This document shows, piece after piece, positions 12,101-24,872 of a DNA stretch of 64,000 nucleotides; within the stretch, counting starts at the first letter, position 1, and each line of letters starts with the position of its first letter. A program made the translations under genes and the position numbers. The notes below the pieces were generated by a model. That model was not told the origin of the DNA, did no database searches, and worked only from the letters and a program-made list of their open reading frames with translations. This DNA is from Octopus sinensis (taxonomy: Eukaryota), in assembly GCF_006345805.1 (NCBI RefSeq), contig NC_043013.1, forward strand, positions 56,048,001 through 56,112,000. Direction: 5' to 3'.

Positions 12101-12503
12101 AAATGCCCTGATGCAGTACCAGGCAGTGGCTCTCATTTTCTTGAAGTCAATTAGCCCATCCCACACAAAAGGTCCCTAATAAGGGTTGTTTAAGGATGTT
12201 GAATGAAACACCCATGTTTCCAGAGGTGAATTATCCAAAACCCAAAGAATCCCTCTCAACACATGGCTATGATGCTTCCCCACTACTTCTGCTCGTGATC
12301 AGAGATGCACATACCATCAGCCACTAAGGGACATGCTCAACTGATTAAGGCCAAACAACTGACAAGCAAATCTGTGGTATTGAGCAGAATACTTGCTGTA
12401 GCCCATCTTTTATACCAAGACAAAACAATGTACATGATAACACTTCCAATCAGTTAAGATCAGAAGCCATGAAAGCCACTGCCTGGTACTGCATCAGGGC
12501 ATT
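12101..12503. mobile_element. ~400-bp element with ~35-bp terminal inverted repeats, in trinucleotide microsatellite context
   Basis: aaatgccctgatgcagtaccaggcagtggctctcat and atgaaagccactgcctggtactgcatcagggcattt. Confidence 0.7.
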
Positions 12504-12549
12504 TACCCTCCTCCTCATCATCATCGTCGTCGTCGTCGTCATCATCATC

Positions 12550-14045
12550 ATTATTATTGTATTAAAACTCAGAGCTTATTTTGCTGGGTATGATGGAAAG
12601 CGTCAGCTGTCCAAAGCCAGCAGACTAAAGTGACAATTGTTTACAGGTCATGCTTCAAGAACCCTGCAAAGAATTCTTGCAGTTCCAAGCAATGCTAATT
12701 TTTGTAGGTGTTCTACCTTCACACTGGCACCAATCTTTTGCAGCCATGTTGGTAGTTGAGGGCTAATACTTCCAAGTGCACCATTTACTATTGCTATCAC
12801 GTCTACTCTCTTCATTGACCACCAGTCTTCGTATTTCCCACTTCAAATCATCATAGTGGTTTATTTTTTCTTCTTCTTTCTCTTTGATCCTGTTGTCACC
12901 AGAACATGCTCTGTTGATTATCATGCATGTTCTTTCTCTTTTATTAACCACAACAATGTCCGGTTTCCGATGTTTAGTCAGGTGATCACACTGGATCATT
13001 ACATCCCACAGGATTTTGCAATTCTCATTTTCGGTGACTCCTTCTGGGGCTTTTTCCTACCATGTCTTTGCTTTTTGTAGGCCATGATTTCCTCAGAGCT
13101 CCCAATGGAACTCTTGCCACATTGTCATGGTATCTTTTCTTGTGCCAATTTCAGGCATTCACAAACAATGTGTCATACCATTTCACACCACTCACCATAA
13201 CATTCTGCATTTGTCTCTATTAGTAGTGTTGTCTATTCTGCACTTCATATAGTTGGTCCTTAATGCTTGTTCCTGAGCTGTGCATATGAATGCTTCTGTC
13301 TCTATCTTCAGGTCACTCTTCCTCATCCTTAGCCACCAGTCCTCTGCATCTGTCTTGGCATATCTGATCATACATTTGTTTTCCTTCCATGCTTCTTCTA
13401 TTTTTTTTTGTTCATTTCTTGTTTAAATTTTTCTTTATTTACACAATTTTCAGTTTTGATGATGTTGGCCTTCTTTGTGTATTTCAACAGTGGCTCCACT
13501 GCATTTTTTATATACCATTCTAGGCTGTTTTTCTCTGCTTCGACACAGTCCTGGCAGCTGATCCAACCCCTTCCACCCTTTCTTCTGGACATATCAGTGT
13601 TACTCTTAGGGTGGGCGACTCCGTATACTGTCAACGTTTTTTCTGGTCTTGGTATCTATTTTTTTCACTTCTGTCTTTTGCCATTTTATAATTCCTGCTC
13701 CATACCGAAGTAATGCTATCACCCACATATTAATTAATTGTTCGATAATTCTATCCCTGCTAGGGACTCTACCCTGCCTCTTTTTAGGTAGATTATTCCA
13801 CACTTTTTGAGTCCATATTCCATTCTAATGCCAGTACTAAAACAGTGAACTGTGTTCACCAAGAAACTCACTCATGTCTCATCTTTGCCATACAATTTCA
13901 AATCATCCATGAAGAGGAGGTGGTTGATTGTTTGGGATTGTCCCTTTAGTTGGTACCCCAGGTTCATTTTCCTAAGTACTAAGGCCAGGGGTATCATTCA
14001 GAGAACAAAAAGCAATGGAGATAGGCTATCACCCTAGGAAAGATA
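12550..14045 (-). mobile_element. R4/Dong-like non-LTR retrotransposon, 5'-truncated and decayed (RT, CCHC, restriction-like endonuclease)
   Basis: GDSLSPLLFVL and INHLLFMDDLKLY (RT, ~13880-14035); CRM...HIVCEC knuckle (~13150-13210); RKPDIVVVNK...EEEKINHYDDLKWEIRRL (PD..D RLE). Confidence 0.85.
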
Positions 14046-14133
14046 CTACAACCGAATAGTACTGTAGCCTGAAACAAAACAGCTTCTTATCCCAAACAAG
14101 AGGCTATCCGCTTCACAGAATATGATGGTGTAT

Positions 14134-14757
14134 ATTATTATTATTATTATTATTATTCAGTAGTCTTATTTTTATAGCGTGCTTTCACTGCACTACCGAG
14201 TGCAGCTCTGTGTGCTTTGGGTATGTGATGTGGTTTGCTGTGATGCTCTTATTTTTACTGTATTGAAAGTGCTTTATGTAGGATGTGTGCAGTGCCCAGT
14301 AGTGCTATTTTCTGTATGTTATATGTGTTTGTAAGTCCTGGTGTTTTTGTTATGTATTTATGTGAATATCTTTTTATCATACCTAATGCACCTACTATGA
14401 TAGGAATTGTTTCTGTTTTTAGACTCCACATTCGAGTTACCTCTATTTCCAGGTCTTTGTATTTTGAAAGTTTCTCCGTTTCTTTCAGAGAAACATTGTC
14501 ATCTGTTGGTATTGATACATCAATTGGAAAGCATTTTTTTCTTCGTGATCTTTGACAACTATATCTGACCAATTGGCCTTAATTTCTCTATCTGTGTGTA
14601 TCGGCATATCCCAGAGTATTGTTGCTTTCTCGTTTTCTATGACCTTTTCTTGGATGTGCCTATACCATCTTTTTTCTGTTGTTATTCCATAGTGTTGGCA
14701 TAGTTTCCAGTGTATATAGTTCCTAATTCTGTCATGTTTGTGAATATATTCCTTCTC
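14134..14757 (-). mobile_element. Second R4/Dong-like 3' fragment (RLE domain and 3' UTR) ending in (TAA)n
   Basis: HDRIRNYIHWKLC...ILWDMPIHTDREIKANWSDIVVKD...IDVSIPTDDNVSLKETEKLSKYKDL...IQKIALLGTAHIL; (att)n at 14134-14157. Confidence 0.88.
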
Positions 14758-15689
14758 ATCATCATCATCATCATCGTTATTAATGGGCTGTCTGCTATTG
14801 AGAAGTTCAAGGAAGAGCAAAATGATGTGATCTGGCAGTTCCAGCAGCCACAGTGGATGCTTATCAATATAAACAGGCATGCTCATATGCACTAGACTAC
14901 ATATGAGAGGTTCTCTCGGGGTAAATAACACAGTATCCTATGTTCTTACACAACAGCCACTTTTAAGTGGAAGATAAATATTTTCCTTTGGTAGTGTCCC
15001 TACTAATAATTATTATTGTTGCTGCTGTTGTTGTTGTTATTGAAGATTACCATTCTGAATATCTGATGGCTGTCTCATTGAGAAGTGACAATTTCTTGGC
15101 TTATCAATTTCGTTGTTGCCTCTGTCAAATATTATGGAGACTAATTTGCTAGAAATTATAGAAGGTTATAAAATTGGTGAAACTTGTTAGCTTTTCCTGG
15201 AGCTGTATCAGAAGAGTTAAGCAGTAAATGTTAGTGGAATGGATAATGGAAAGATATCAAACTAGTTTTGTAAAATTTACATCAATTTCATTAACCTAAG
15301 AATACTAAATTAAGATATCACTACCTTAAAATACTATCAGATATCTTCGTCATAACTCTACTAAAGAAATTTTATAATACTTCAGCTCCGGAAATCTAAT
15401 CCAAAACAACTTTATTGCTGATATCAGTCTTTCGTTTTGGTGAAATGTTAGTAACACACCAAACGCTGTTGACTTCAGGGAAGGATTCTATCATCATTAT
15501 CATCATTTAGCGTCCGTTTTCCATGCTAGCATGGGTTGGACAGTTTAACTGGGGTCTGTGAAGCTGGAAGGCTTCATCAGGCCCAGTCAGATTTGGCAGT
15601 GTTTCTACAGCTGGGTGCCCTTCCTAACGCCAACCACTCCGTGAGTGTAGTGGGTGCTTTTTATGTGCCACCTGCACAGGTGCCAGACA

Positions 15690-15950
15690 GAGCTGGCAAA
15701 CAGCCACGAACGGATGGTGCTTTTACGTGCTACCGGCACGGGGGCCAGGCCAGGCTGGCAACGGACACGAACGGATGGTGCTTTTACGTGCTACCAGCAC
15801 GGGGGCCAGGCAAGGCTGGCAACGGACACGAGCGGATGGTTCTTTTACGTGCTACCAGCACGGGGGCCAGGTGAGGCTGGCAACGGACACAAGCGGATGG
15901 TGCTTTTACGTGCCAACGGCACGGGGGCCAGGCGAGGCTGGCAATGGACA
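15690..15950. repeat. 61-bp VNTR in the RTE 3' UTR (~4.3 units)
   Basis: gctggc unit starts at 15692, 15754, 15815, 15876 and 15937. Confidence 0.9.
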
Positions 15951-16022
15951 AACGATCGGATGGTTCGCTTAACCACAGCTGCAATTTCCACTGATGTTGA
16001 TTTGGTTTGATTTTGACTGTTC

Positions 16023-19000
16023 TCACTGGTCTTGCCGGGTCTTCTCACGCACAGCATACTTCCATAGGTCTCGGTCTCTAGTCATTTCCTTGGTGAGACC
16101 TAAAGTTCGAAAGTCGTGCTTCACTACCTCGTCCTAGGTTTTCCTGGGTCTACCTCTTCAACAGGTTCCCTCAACTGCTAGAGTGTGGCACTTTTGCACA
16201 CAACTATCTTCACCCATTCTCGCCACATGACCATACCAGTGCAGTCGTCTCTCTTGCACACCACAACTGATGCTTCTTAGGTTCAACTTTTTTCTCAAGG
16301 TACTTACACTCTGTCCATTATGAACACTGACATTACACATCCATCGGAGCATACTGGCTTCATTTCTTGCGAGCTTACGCATATCCTCAGCAGTCACAGC
16401 CTATGTTTCACTACCATGTAGCATGGCTGTACGTACACATGCATCATACAGTCTGCCTTTTACTCTGAGCGAGAGGCCTTTTGTCACCAGCAGGGGTAAG
16501 AGATCTCTAAACTTTGCCCAGGCTATTCTTACTCTAGCAGTTACACTTTCAGCACACCCACCCCCGCTACTGACTTGGTCACCTAGGTAGCGGAAGCTAT
16601 CAACTACTAGTTTTTCTCCCTGGAACATGGTAGACGTTGGTCTCTGCACATTTCCAGTGTTTATTGCTCCTGAGCATCTGCCACAGACAAAAACTATTTT
16701 CCTAGTTAGCCTTCCTTTGACATTACTACACCTCTTATGTGTCCATAGCTTGCACTTGGTGCACCTTATAGAGTTTCTACCTATGCCTTTACTACAGATC
16801 GAGCGGGGTCATCTACCTGAAGGCGTTTGTGACTTGTCTACTTTCCTACTTATTAGGACTTTGGTTTTGGCTAGATTGATTCTGAGGCCTTTCGATTCTA
16901 GACCTTGCTTCCACACCTGAAACTTCTCCTCCAGTTCAGATAGTGACTCAGCAATTAGAGCAAGGTCATCAGCATAGAGGAGCTCCCAGGGGCATCCTGT
17001 CTTGAATTCCTCCATTATTGCCTGGAGGACTATGATAAATAGGAGGGGACTGAGGACTGAACGTTGGTGGACCCCAACCTCTACCCGGAATTCTTCACTG
17101 TACTCATTGCCAACCCTCACCTTACTCGCAGCGTCTCTGTACATGGCTCACACAGCTCTAACTAACCATTCATCTATCCCTAGTTTCCTCATTGACCACC
17201 AGATAAGGGATCGGGGAACCCTGTCAAAGGCTTTCTCCATGTCAACAAAAGCCAGGTACAGGGGCTTATCTTTGGCTAGGTATTTCTCCTGCAGCTGTCT
17301 TACCAGGAATATAGCATCAGTAGTACTTCTCCCTGGCACGAACCTAAACTGCATCTCATCTAAGCTAATTCTCTCTCTAATTAGTTGGGCTATAACCCTC
17401 TCCGTAACCTTCATTACCTGATCCAGCAGCTTGATACCCCTGTAGTTATTTGTATCTAGGGCATCACCTTTACCTTTGTAGCAGCTGACTATTATGCTGC
17501 TACACCAGTCATTGGGTATGACTCCTTCGTGTGTCACCTGGTTAACTATACGGATGGCCAGGCTAATGCCGACAGTGCCAGATATTTTGAGGATCTCTGC
17601 AGTAATACCTGATGGGCCAGGGGCTTTCCCTGTTTTCATGCCTGTAATTGCCTTAACTACTAAAGAACTGTCAAATCGGATTGCTGATCCCTCTGTTGGG
17701 TCGACATTCGGCAGACTCTCTTTATCCCATTCATTTTCTTTATTCAGCAACCTTTCATAGTGGCGTCTCCAAACCTCTCTCTTTGCATCCTCATTTAGCG
17801 CAAGTGAACCGTCATCCTCGCGAACACATTTCTCTCTTACTACGTCACGATTCTCTCTCACACACTGTCTTGCAACACGAAATACCTCAAGTCTTTCATC
17901 CTCCTGGTGCAGGACATTGGCAAATTTTTTCTTATCTGCTTCCCCTCTGGCTAAATACACCTGCCTCCTAGCTTCCCTTCTGGCAGTCTGATACACTTCC
18001 CTGCTACCACCATTCTTCCAGTCCTTCCAAGCCTGTTTCTTTTGTCTAATAGCCCTGTCAACAATATTGTTCCACCACCACGTTATTTTGGGTCTTGAGG
18101 GGACTTTGCACCAGCCACAGATCTGGTCGGTGGCTTTCAGCAGGTTGTCCCTTAGAAGCGTCCAGTTGTCTTCTACCCCATGTGTAGCTATACCCCCTTC
18201 TATTTCGTCAAAGGCTTCAAGTAACATCTCTCTAAATCTCTGTCCATTTGCAGGATCTTTAAGCTTCCAGATCCTTCTTCTCCATATTTGTCGTCTTCTG
18301 GTTGTCCTCCTAGTCCTGATCCTAAAGTCACTAACTACCAGTCTATGTTGTGGTGTACATTCTTCGCCTGGGAAGGTTTTGGCATTTATAAGCAGCCTTC
18401 TTTCCCTTTTTCTGGCAAGGATGTAGTCGATTTGACTAGTATTCCGGCCCGATCGGTAGGTGACCAGGTGGCTTGTCGGTTTCCTGAAGTTAGTGTTGCA
18501 AACCATAAGACTATTCGCATCGCAGAACTCCAGCAGCCTGGTTCCCTCCTCGTTGCGGGAACCATAACCGTAGCCTCCATGCACGCCATGGAAGCCCCCA
18601 GCACATCGTCCAACATGCCCATTGAAGTCACCAACCACAAAGAGAAGGTCCCTGTCGTTCGTCAATGATGTGGTCTGCAGTAGGGTGTCATAGAAACAGT
18701 CTTTCTGTCCATCAGGTAGCCCTGGCTGAGGGGCATAGGCCGATATAATAGTTGCTAAACTATGATGGAGCACTAATCTAATCTTAATTATTCTGTCACA
18801 TACTCTGACTACCTCGATTACCTTATCTACCCATTTTTCGGCGATAAGCATGCCTACACCCCCGACCCCGTCAGTATTCCCAGCCCAGAAAATCTTGTAC
18901 CTCTGTCCTTTGCCTGTGAGGAACCTAGCAGAACCTCCTCTCCACCTCACTTCTTGAATGCAGCATACATCAACACACCTCCGTTCAAGCAATTCAACGA

Positions 19001-19100
19001 TCTCGCCAGATCTGCCTTTCAGTGTGCCAACGTTGAGGGTGCCAACCCTGAGGGTGGGGGTGGCGTAAGACTTGAAGTGTATCTTGCAATGAATGACCAC
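16023..19100 (-). pseudogene. RTE ORF (APE-RT-PHD-like finger) broken by a few stops and frameshifts
   Basis: ORF-track pieces 17148-19100, 16809-17144, 16401-16649 and 16158-16397 are collinear. The TGA at 17148 corresponds to an Arg codon (CGG) in the 52.9-kb copy. Confidence 0.9.
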
Positions 19101-20222
19101 TACCTTTTATGGTAGGGGGTGAGGGAGGCGTAAGACTTTGAAGTGTACAAGGAAGACAAGGATGAGAAAATTTAGGACTTCCTGTACCGGTGGAGGTTGC
19201 ACCGCGAAAACCGGCAGCCATTCCTTTCTTAGGAGAGAAATAGTTATTAGTACGCAAAAACCGGCAGCCATTCCTTTCTTAGGAGAGAAATAGTTATTAG
19301 TAGGTATAAATACCTAAATTTGAGAGAGAGGTATTTTGCCTAATCTATGGGAGAAGCGTGAGCGATAAAGAGCTATAAGTTATAAATACATTTATTCTAT
19401 ATCTACGAGGCATGAGGCTGATCGATAAAATTAGGGGCGAGCTATAAGATTAAATATATATTTAACACAAGACATGAGACAACGAAATATAATTAAAATG
19501 AACTATAGAATTATATGTACATATAAAAACACGAGGCGTGAGGCTGAATTACACAAGTCATAACAATAATAATAGAGATAAAACAGGGCTAACTAAAAGA
19601 TCAGATCAATTGCAGATAGATAGGTAGGTACGGGATGAAATTAAATTTAGATTGCTTAACTTGGATTCATTTTTCGTAGGAAGTCGGCAACAGTTTGAAT
19701 TCAAGTGGGGCCGTTATTAATCAGTCGCTGGTTTATATGCATATAGGGTGGTGGAGAAGGGGAGTCGAATGGCGATCGAAAGAGATAGAAGAGGAACGAG
19801 AGGGGGGGGGGTCGTGGCCTGCGAAAACCAGCAGCCATTCCTTTGTTAGGAGAGAAATAGTTATTAGTAGGTATAAATACCTAAATTTGAGAGAGAGGTA
19901 TTTTGCCTAATCTATGGGAGAAGCATGAGCGATAAAGAGTGTTTAATATGAGCTTAAAATGTCACCCTTAAAAGATCATTTGTTTTGCTAGAAATAACAG
20001 TGAAATCCCATTAACACTACACTCTTCTATATCCTGGAAAACATATCTCTGAGTAAAACATGGGTTGGTCATGGGTGGAATGTTCATGATCATATAGCTG
20101 TGAGAACAGGAGTGACCTGGGGCTAAATAATATGAACTGACATGAGAGACAGGTGCCTCTTATGATATTCCTGTCATTCAATGACTGATTGTACCATGCA
20201 TATCTATATCTATCTATCTATC

Positions 20223-20263
<41 letters not shown>

Positions 20264-20264
20264 G

Positions 20265-20308
<44 letters not shown>

Positions 20309-20336
20309 ATATCCATGCAATATATATATATATATA

Positions 20337-20697
20337 CCAGTTATGGCATGTACATTTATCCATTAATTAAACCCATTATTCAAACATAAATTGAAACATT
20401 CATATTTGCAAAAATGCAAATGGATAGGGCTTCCTAACATTCTTTTGGTGTATTGTTTTCCCTTAATTGAACATGGCAGCTCAAACAAAATATGAACAAG
20501 TTAAAGCATTGAAAATGGCTGGTGTAAAGAATAAAGAGCTATGGTGAAAGCAAACGGTGGCCATTTTGAATTGTAAATATACGTAAAATATTCTCAATAA
20601 ATGTAACAATCAACTTGCAAACTTTCATTAACCAAAACCTAAAACTTTTCATTTTATGATATATTTAATAAAGAGTAAATACACATGCTGAAACTGG
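20337..20697 (+). mobile_element. Internally deleted Tc1/mariner element
   Basis: TA-flanked TIRs ccagtt..gcatgt and acatgc..aactgg. The N-terminus MAAQTKYEQVKALKMAGVKNKE is joined to the C-terminal VKANGGHFEL*. Confidence 0.65.
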
Positions 20698-20720
20698 TAT
20701 ATACGATGATAATGATGATG

Positions 20721-20781
<61 letters not shown>

Positions 20782-22689
20782 TGTGAACATGCTCTTACCA
20801 GAAATCTATTAACGTCTAATTGAGGGTTGAGATTTTATAGTTTTGATAACAAATAATCTTGAAGAATATTTTCTTGTTTTGTTTTGTTGATTCCATTCTA
20901 ATTGGATGACTAATTTCTGAACACTTTAAATTCCATGAAAAAGAAAAAAGGAAATTTTGAATGCAATTAAAGGTCAATATTTGGATATCTTTTTTCCTGA
21001 TTAAATGAAAGACATTTTATATTCTGTATTTGATATTACAAACACTGAAAATGGCTCTACAAGGTTTTCCAGACAGAATAACTTGTAAATAATATGAAGT
21101 AAGTTTTGAAATCTGGGAAGTAGTTTAAGAAATGATGGCTTAACTGCATTCTTGTGAAGTATAAATAGCTTTACAGAAAAATGATATATTGCAAAGAAAA
21201 TCAAAACCATTATCAAATAACAGCTAATGGACAGCAGAAGTCTCCGTCAATTATCAAAGAATGGAACAGAATTATAAAGAAAACTAAGTTATATAAAAAC
21301 TAATATCTTTGTTCTGCCAATTCATTTTAGAAAAATGCCATGGTTTCTGAAAACTGTTGTTATCTTGAATAAATAATTACAATGAAATTTTCCTCATTCA
21401 TTTACATATCTTGGAAACTGTTATTCAATATTCATTAATTTTCATCATTTTCTTTTTACATTTTTTTAACATATCAACATTTCTTTTTCTATTGAAATAA
21501 AATCAACTTAATGACAATTCTATATCCTACTTAATATCAATTTAATATCATAGTTATATAATGCTTTCTATTGTTTTTCCTTTTCCTGTTTTCTAATATC
21601 AAAGTAATATTATTAATCATGAAATATAACTAATTAATATTTAATTTGGTAATGGAGAAATAGCTACTATGATGATTTCAGATGGAAAGTAAAGAATTTT
21701 ATCCACATGTAGTTGAAGCTGTGATGAGAAATTTCAGTTCGCAACACTCCTGTCTCCCCTAAGCATAAAAATTATTTCATCATATTATTATCCCTAACCA
21801 CTTTGGTTTTTATTGATAAATACAAAGAATTTAATTGGTAGGTTACTGCAGAAAGACAGGCTGTGAAAGAAAGGGAAGCAGGAAGTCAGGTTGCCAATGG
21901 CAGGCATGTAAAATAGCAAATTGATGGAAGAAGCTGTCTACAGAATCTTAAACACTCAGCTATCATGAATTTTACAACAAAGTTGACTCTGCTCTCAGCA
22001 TTGAGCCCTTTTATTTGTCACTGCCCCATTGTTATTCTTGAATTTGCTTTAATAGCCTCAGCTTTAATATTTACAAACCAACTGGGATGGAAGACATAAG
22101 GGAAGAGAAAGTTATACTTTTTAAATCTATTTCAGTGGAAAGGAACTATTTCAGTTTTAGATTACTTTGTTTGATTTATATATTCTAATCAAAATATAAT
22201 ATATGAGTGACTCATTTGAGTGTTAAACATGAGTCACTCCGTTGTCTGTTCTATACGAGTGATGCAGTTGGCCACTAACCATGAATGACTCAATTAGCTG
22301 TCATAGATGAGTGGCTCAGATATAAAACAAAGTTAAGAAATAGAGCGATTTTATTTGTTACTCGTGGGTGGAAGCATTGGACCACCAACTACAAAGTTCT
22401 TCCTGTTTCTAGTATTTCTTCTACTAAAATACTAGATGAGGTTTGTCAGGTTACATGGCTGTGTCAGAATTTTGGTCAAACAATCATTCACAGTCCTGCT
22501 TCTAATGTCTTAAACCGTAAATTGTAAAAACCCCTGTCATTAGAAATGTCGTTAATTAAGTGGTAAATCATGACCCCCCCCCACCCCGCTTTCCCACTTA
22601 TTCATGTAAAACTTTTTCAGATTTCAAAATCTCCATTCTGCAAGACATCTACTTAATTGCCTCCAATTCACCCTTGCACCCCTATTTTT

Positions 22690-22980
22690 ATCAAAGCATA
22701 ATAATTGCTGACACCCCATTGGTTACAGTGACAAAGGCTCCAATTGATTCAAACAATGGAAAAGCCTGCCAAGAAATTAACGTGCAAGTGGCTGAGCACT
22801 CCACAGACACGAGTACCCTTAACGTAATTCTCAGGGAGATTCAGTGTGACAAGGCTGGCCCCTTTGAAATTCAGGTACAACTCATTTTTTGCCAGCTGAA
22901 TGGACTGGAGCAAAGTGAAATAGAGTGTCTTGCTCAAGGCCACAATACGTTGTTGGGAATGGAACTCACGACCTTAGGAA
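22690..22980 (-). mobile_element. tRNA-derived SINE
   Basis: Minus strand: B-box-like ggtcgtgagttccattccc followed by the CORE-like ccttgagcaagacactctatttcac. Confidence 0.7.
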
Positions 22981-24265
22981 TATAATGGAGTAAAACTGTG
23001 AAAATTGATTTTTCTGAAATTTTTCTTCTCAGAATTATATTTTCTCCCATTCTCAAAGTTAAAAAATTCAAAGGTAATATTACTTGTTAAATGAATTAAT
23101 TTAACTAAATGAATTGGTTTTAGCTTAATTAGTTTAACAAATATGTACTTAGCCAATAATGGAATATCTATATTTGGTTAATCAATAGTAGTTATATCTC
23201 CCTCAAAGCACAGCCTAAAGTTTTAAGAAAAAAGGAGGAAGTGACAATAGACAATGCAGTCCTAGATACACTGTCTGATAAACAGATGGTCATGGCTGGA
23301 ATGCCTCTGATCATATATCTACTTGACCAGGGCTGAAACACAACAGCAAACACACATTTATGATTCAGAAGCAATGAGATTCATGCCCCCACCCCACCAC
23401 CACTGCCAAGTTCTTCCTCTTCCCATGGTCTGTCTCTGCTGTCCATTATTGCCTCTCTATTACACATTCCCCTTGACTTCCCTCTTATCTAAAATTCTAC
23501 AACACACAACAACAGACTTATTACTCGCAACAGACAAAAAGTTAGAATTGGCAGAGAAGATAGATAAAATAACAGTTTATTATTATTCTAAATTTGCATC
23601 TATTTTCCCTCCTGGCATAAACTAATTCACCAAAAATTACAATAAATATTTGAAATTTTTATATCTTTCTTGCAGTTTTTCACTCGACTCTCAAGACTTA
23701 ATTTTTCCTATATCTTCAATAATTTCTTATGAAACTAACCATTCTGATATCAGTTCTTCTATCTATTAGTTGGATAGTTCATCGTTGCAAAGCCATTTCC
23801 ATAGAATATATCTCTGAAATGAAAAACCAACTCTCTTAACTCACAATCTTTGCCTAAAATCTAATTTCTATTTTTTATATCTTTATAGCTCACCTTTTAA
23901 AACAAACTTTTTATTTCTTTAATACTCATTACAAGAGTCAGAAGAAAGTTCTAACTAAAAATAGAAAAATTACACTCATGACATCATGGTCTATTCCTGT
24001 GTGAGACAATTTTACTGGAAGACAACAATTGTTGCACAAATTTTGGAAAGGAATATGGCAGAATTCCGACAATATCCATTCCAAACATAGATTTTACCAA
24101 TGCCAATTAAACAGGAGACGAAAATGATATAATTTCCTATACGACCGATTCCATTGCCTCAGAGAATGATTCTGGTAATGAGGACTAGAACTCCGAAATG
24201 ATATCTAATTTGAGATGCTTTATACAAACATACATACATACAAACATATATTTATACACACACAT

Positions 24266-24304
<39 letters not shown>

Positions 24305-24745
24305 CATATGTATAAATATATGTGTATGTATAAATATATATATATATATACAGACATATAAAGAGACAGAGAGATAGATATTTATATGCATACACACACA
24401 CATACACATGCACACGCGTGTGTGCATGTGTCTGTGTGTGTAATATATTTATTTTTATTTGTGAATATGTCACTAATTACTCTCATAATTAATTACTTTT
24501 TAAGAGCCAATAATAGAAATATTTTCAATTCAATGCAATATTAATTATGTATGGTTAGTGATTGTCCTTGGCAAAAGATGCATATGAATAAATGTCTTGT
24601 CTAGAATGTCTTTAATCAACATCAATCAAGTTAATGAATTTTCAAAGAATTCTTTTGATAGCAGGTGCGATAAAAAACAAACAAACAAACAATAGTTTTG
24701 ATAGCAATATACACTTCATATAAGAAAATACTTCAGTGAAACACA

Positions 24746-24813
<68 letters not shown>

Positions 24814-24872
24814 CTATACACACATACACACACATGCATATATATACATATACATACACACACATATATATG

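Larger units (their letters stand above)
15491..19940 (-). mobile_element. Near full-length RTE-clade LINE with (GAT)n tail
   Basis: APE endonuclease (TLNVGTL, CIQE, SAYAPQ, GDFNGH, SQIDY, QHRLV), RT (YRGIKLL, FVDMEKAFD, YADD), 3' UTR VNTR and repeated 5' region. The 5' boundary is approximate. Confidence 0.93.

Noticed and set aside
15690-15950. Regularly spaced repeats resembling a CRISPR array
   Set aside because: The units are contiguous with no unique spacers. This is a eukaryotic LINE 3' UTR.
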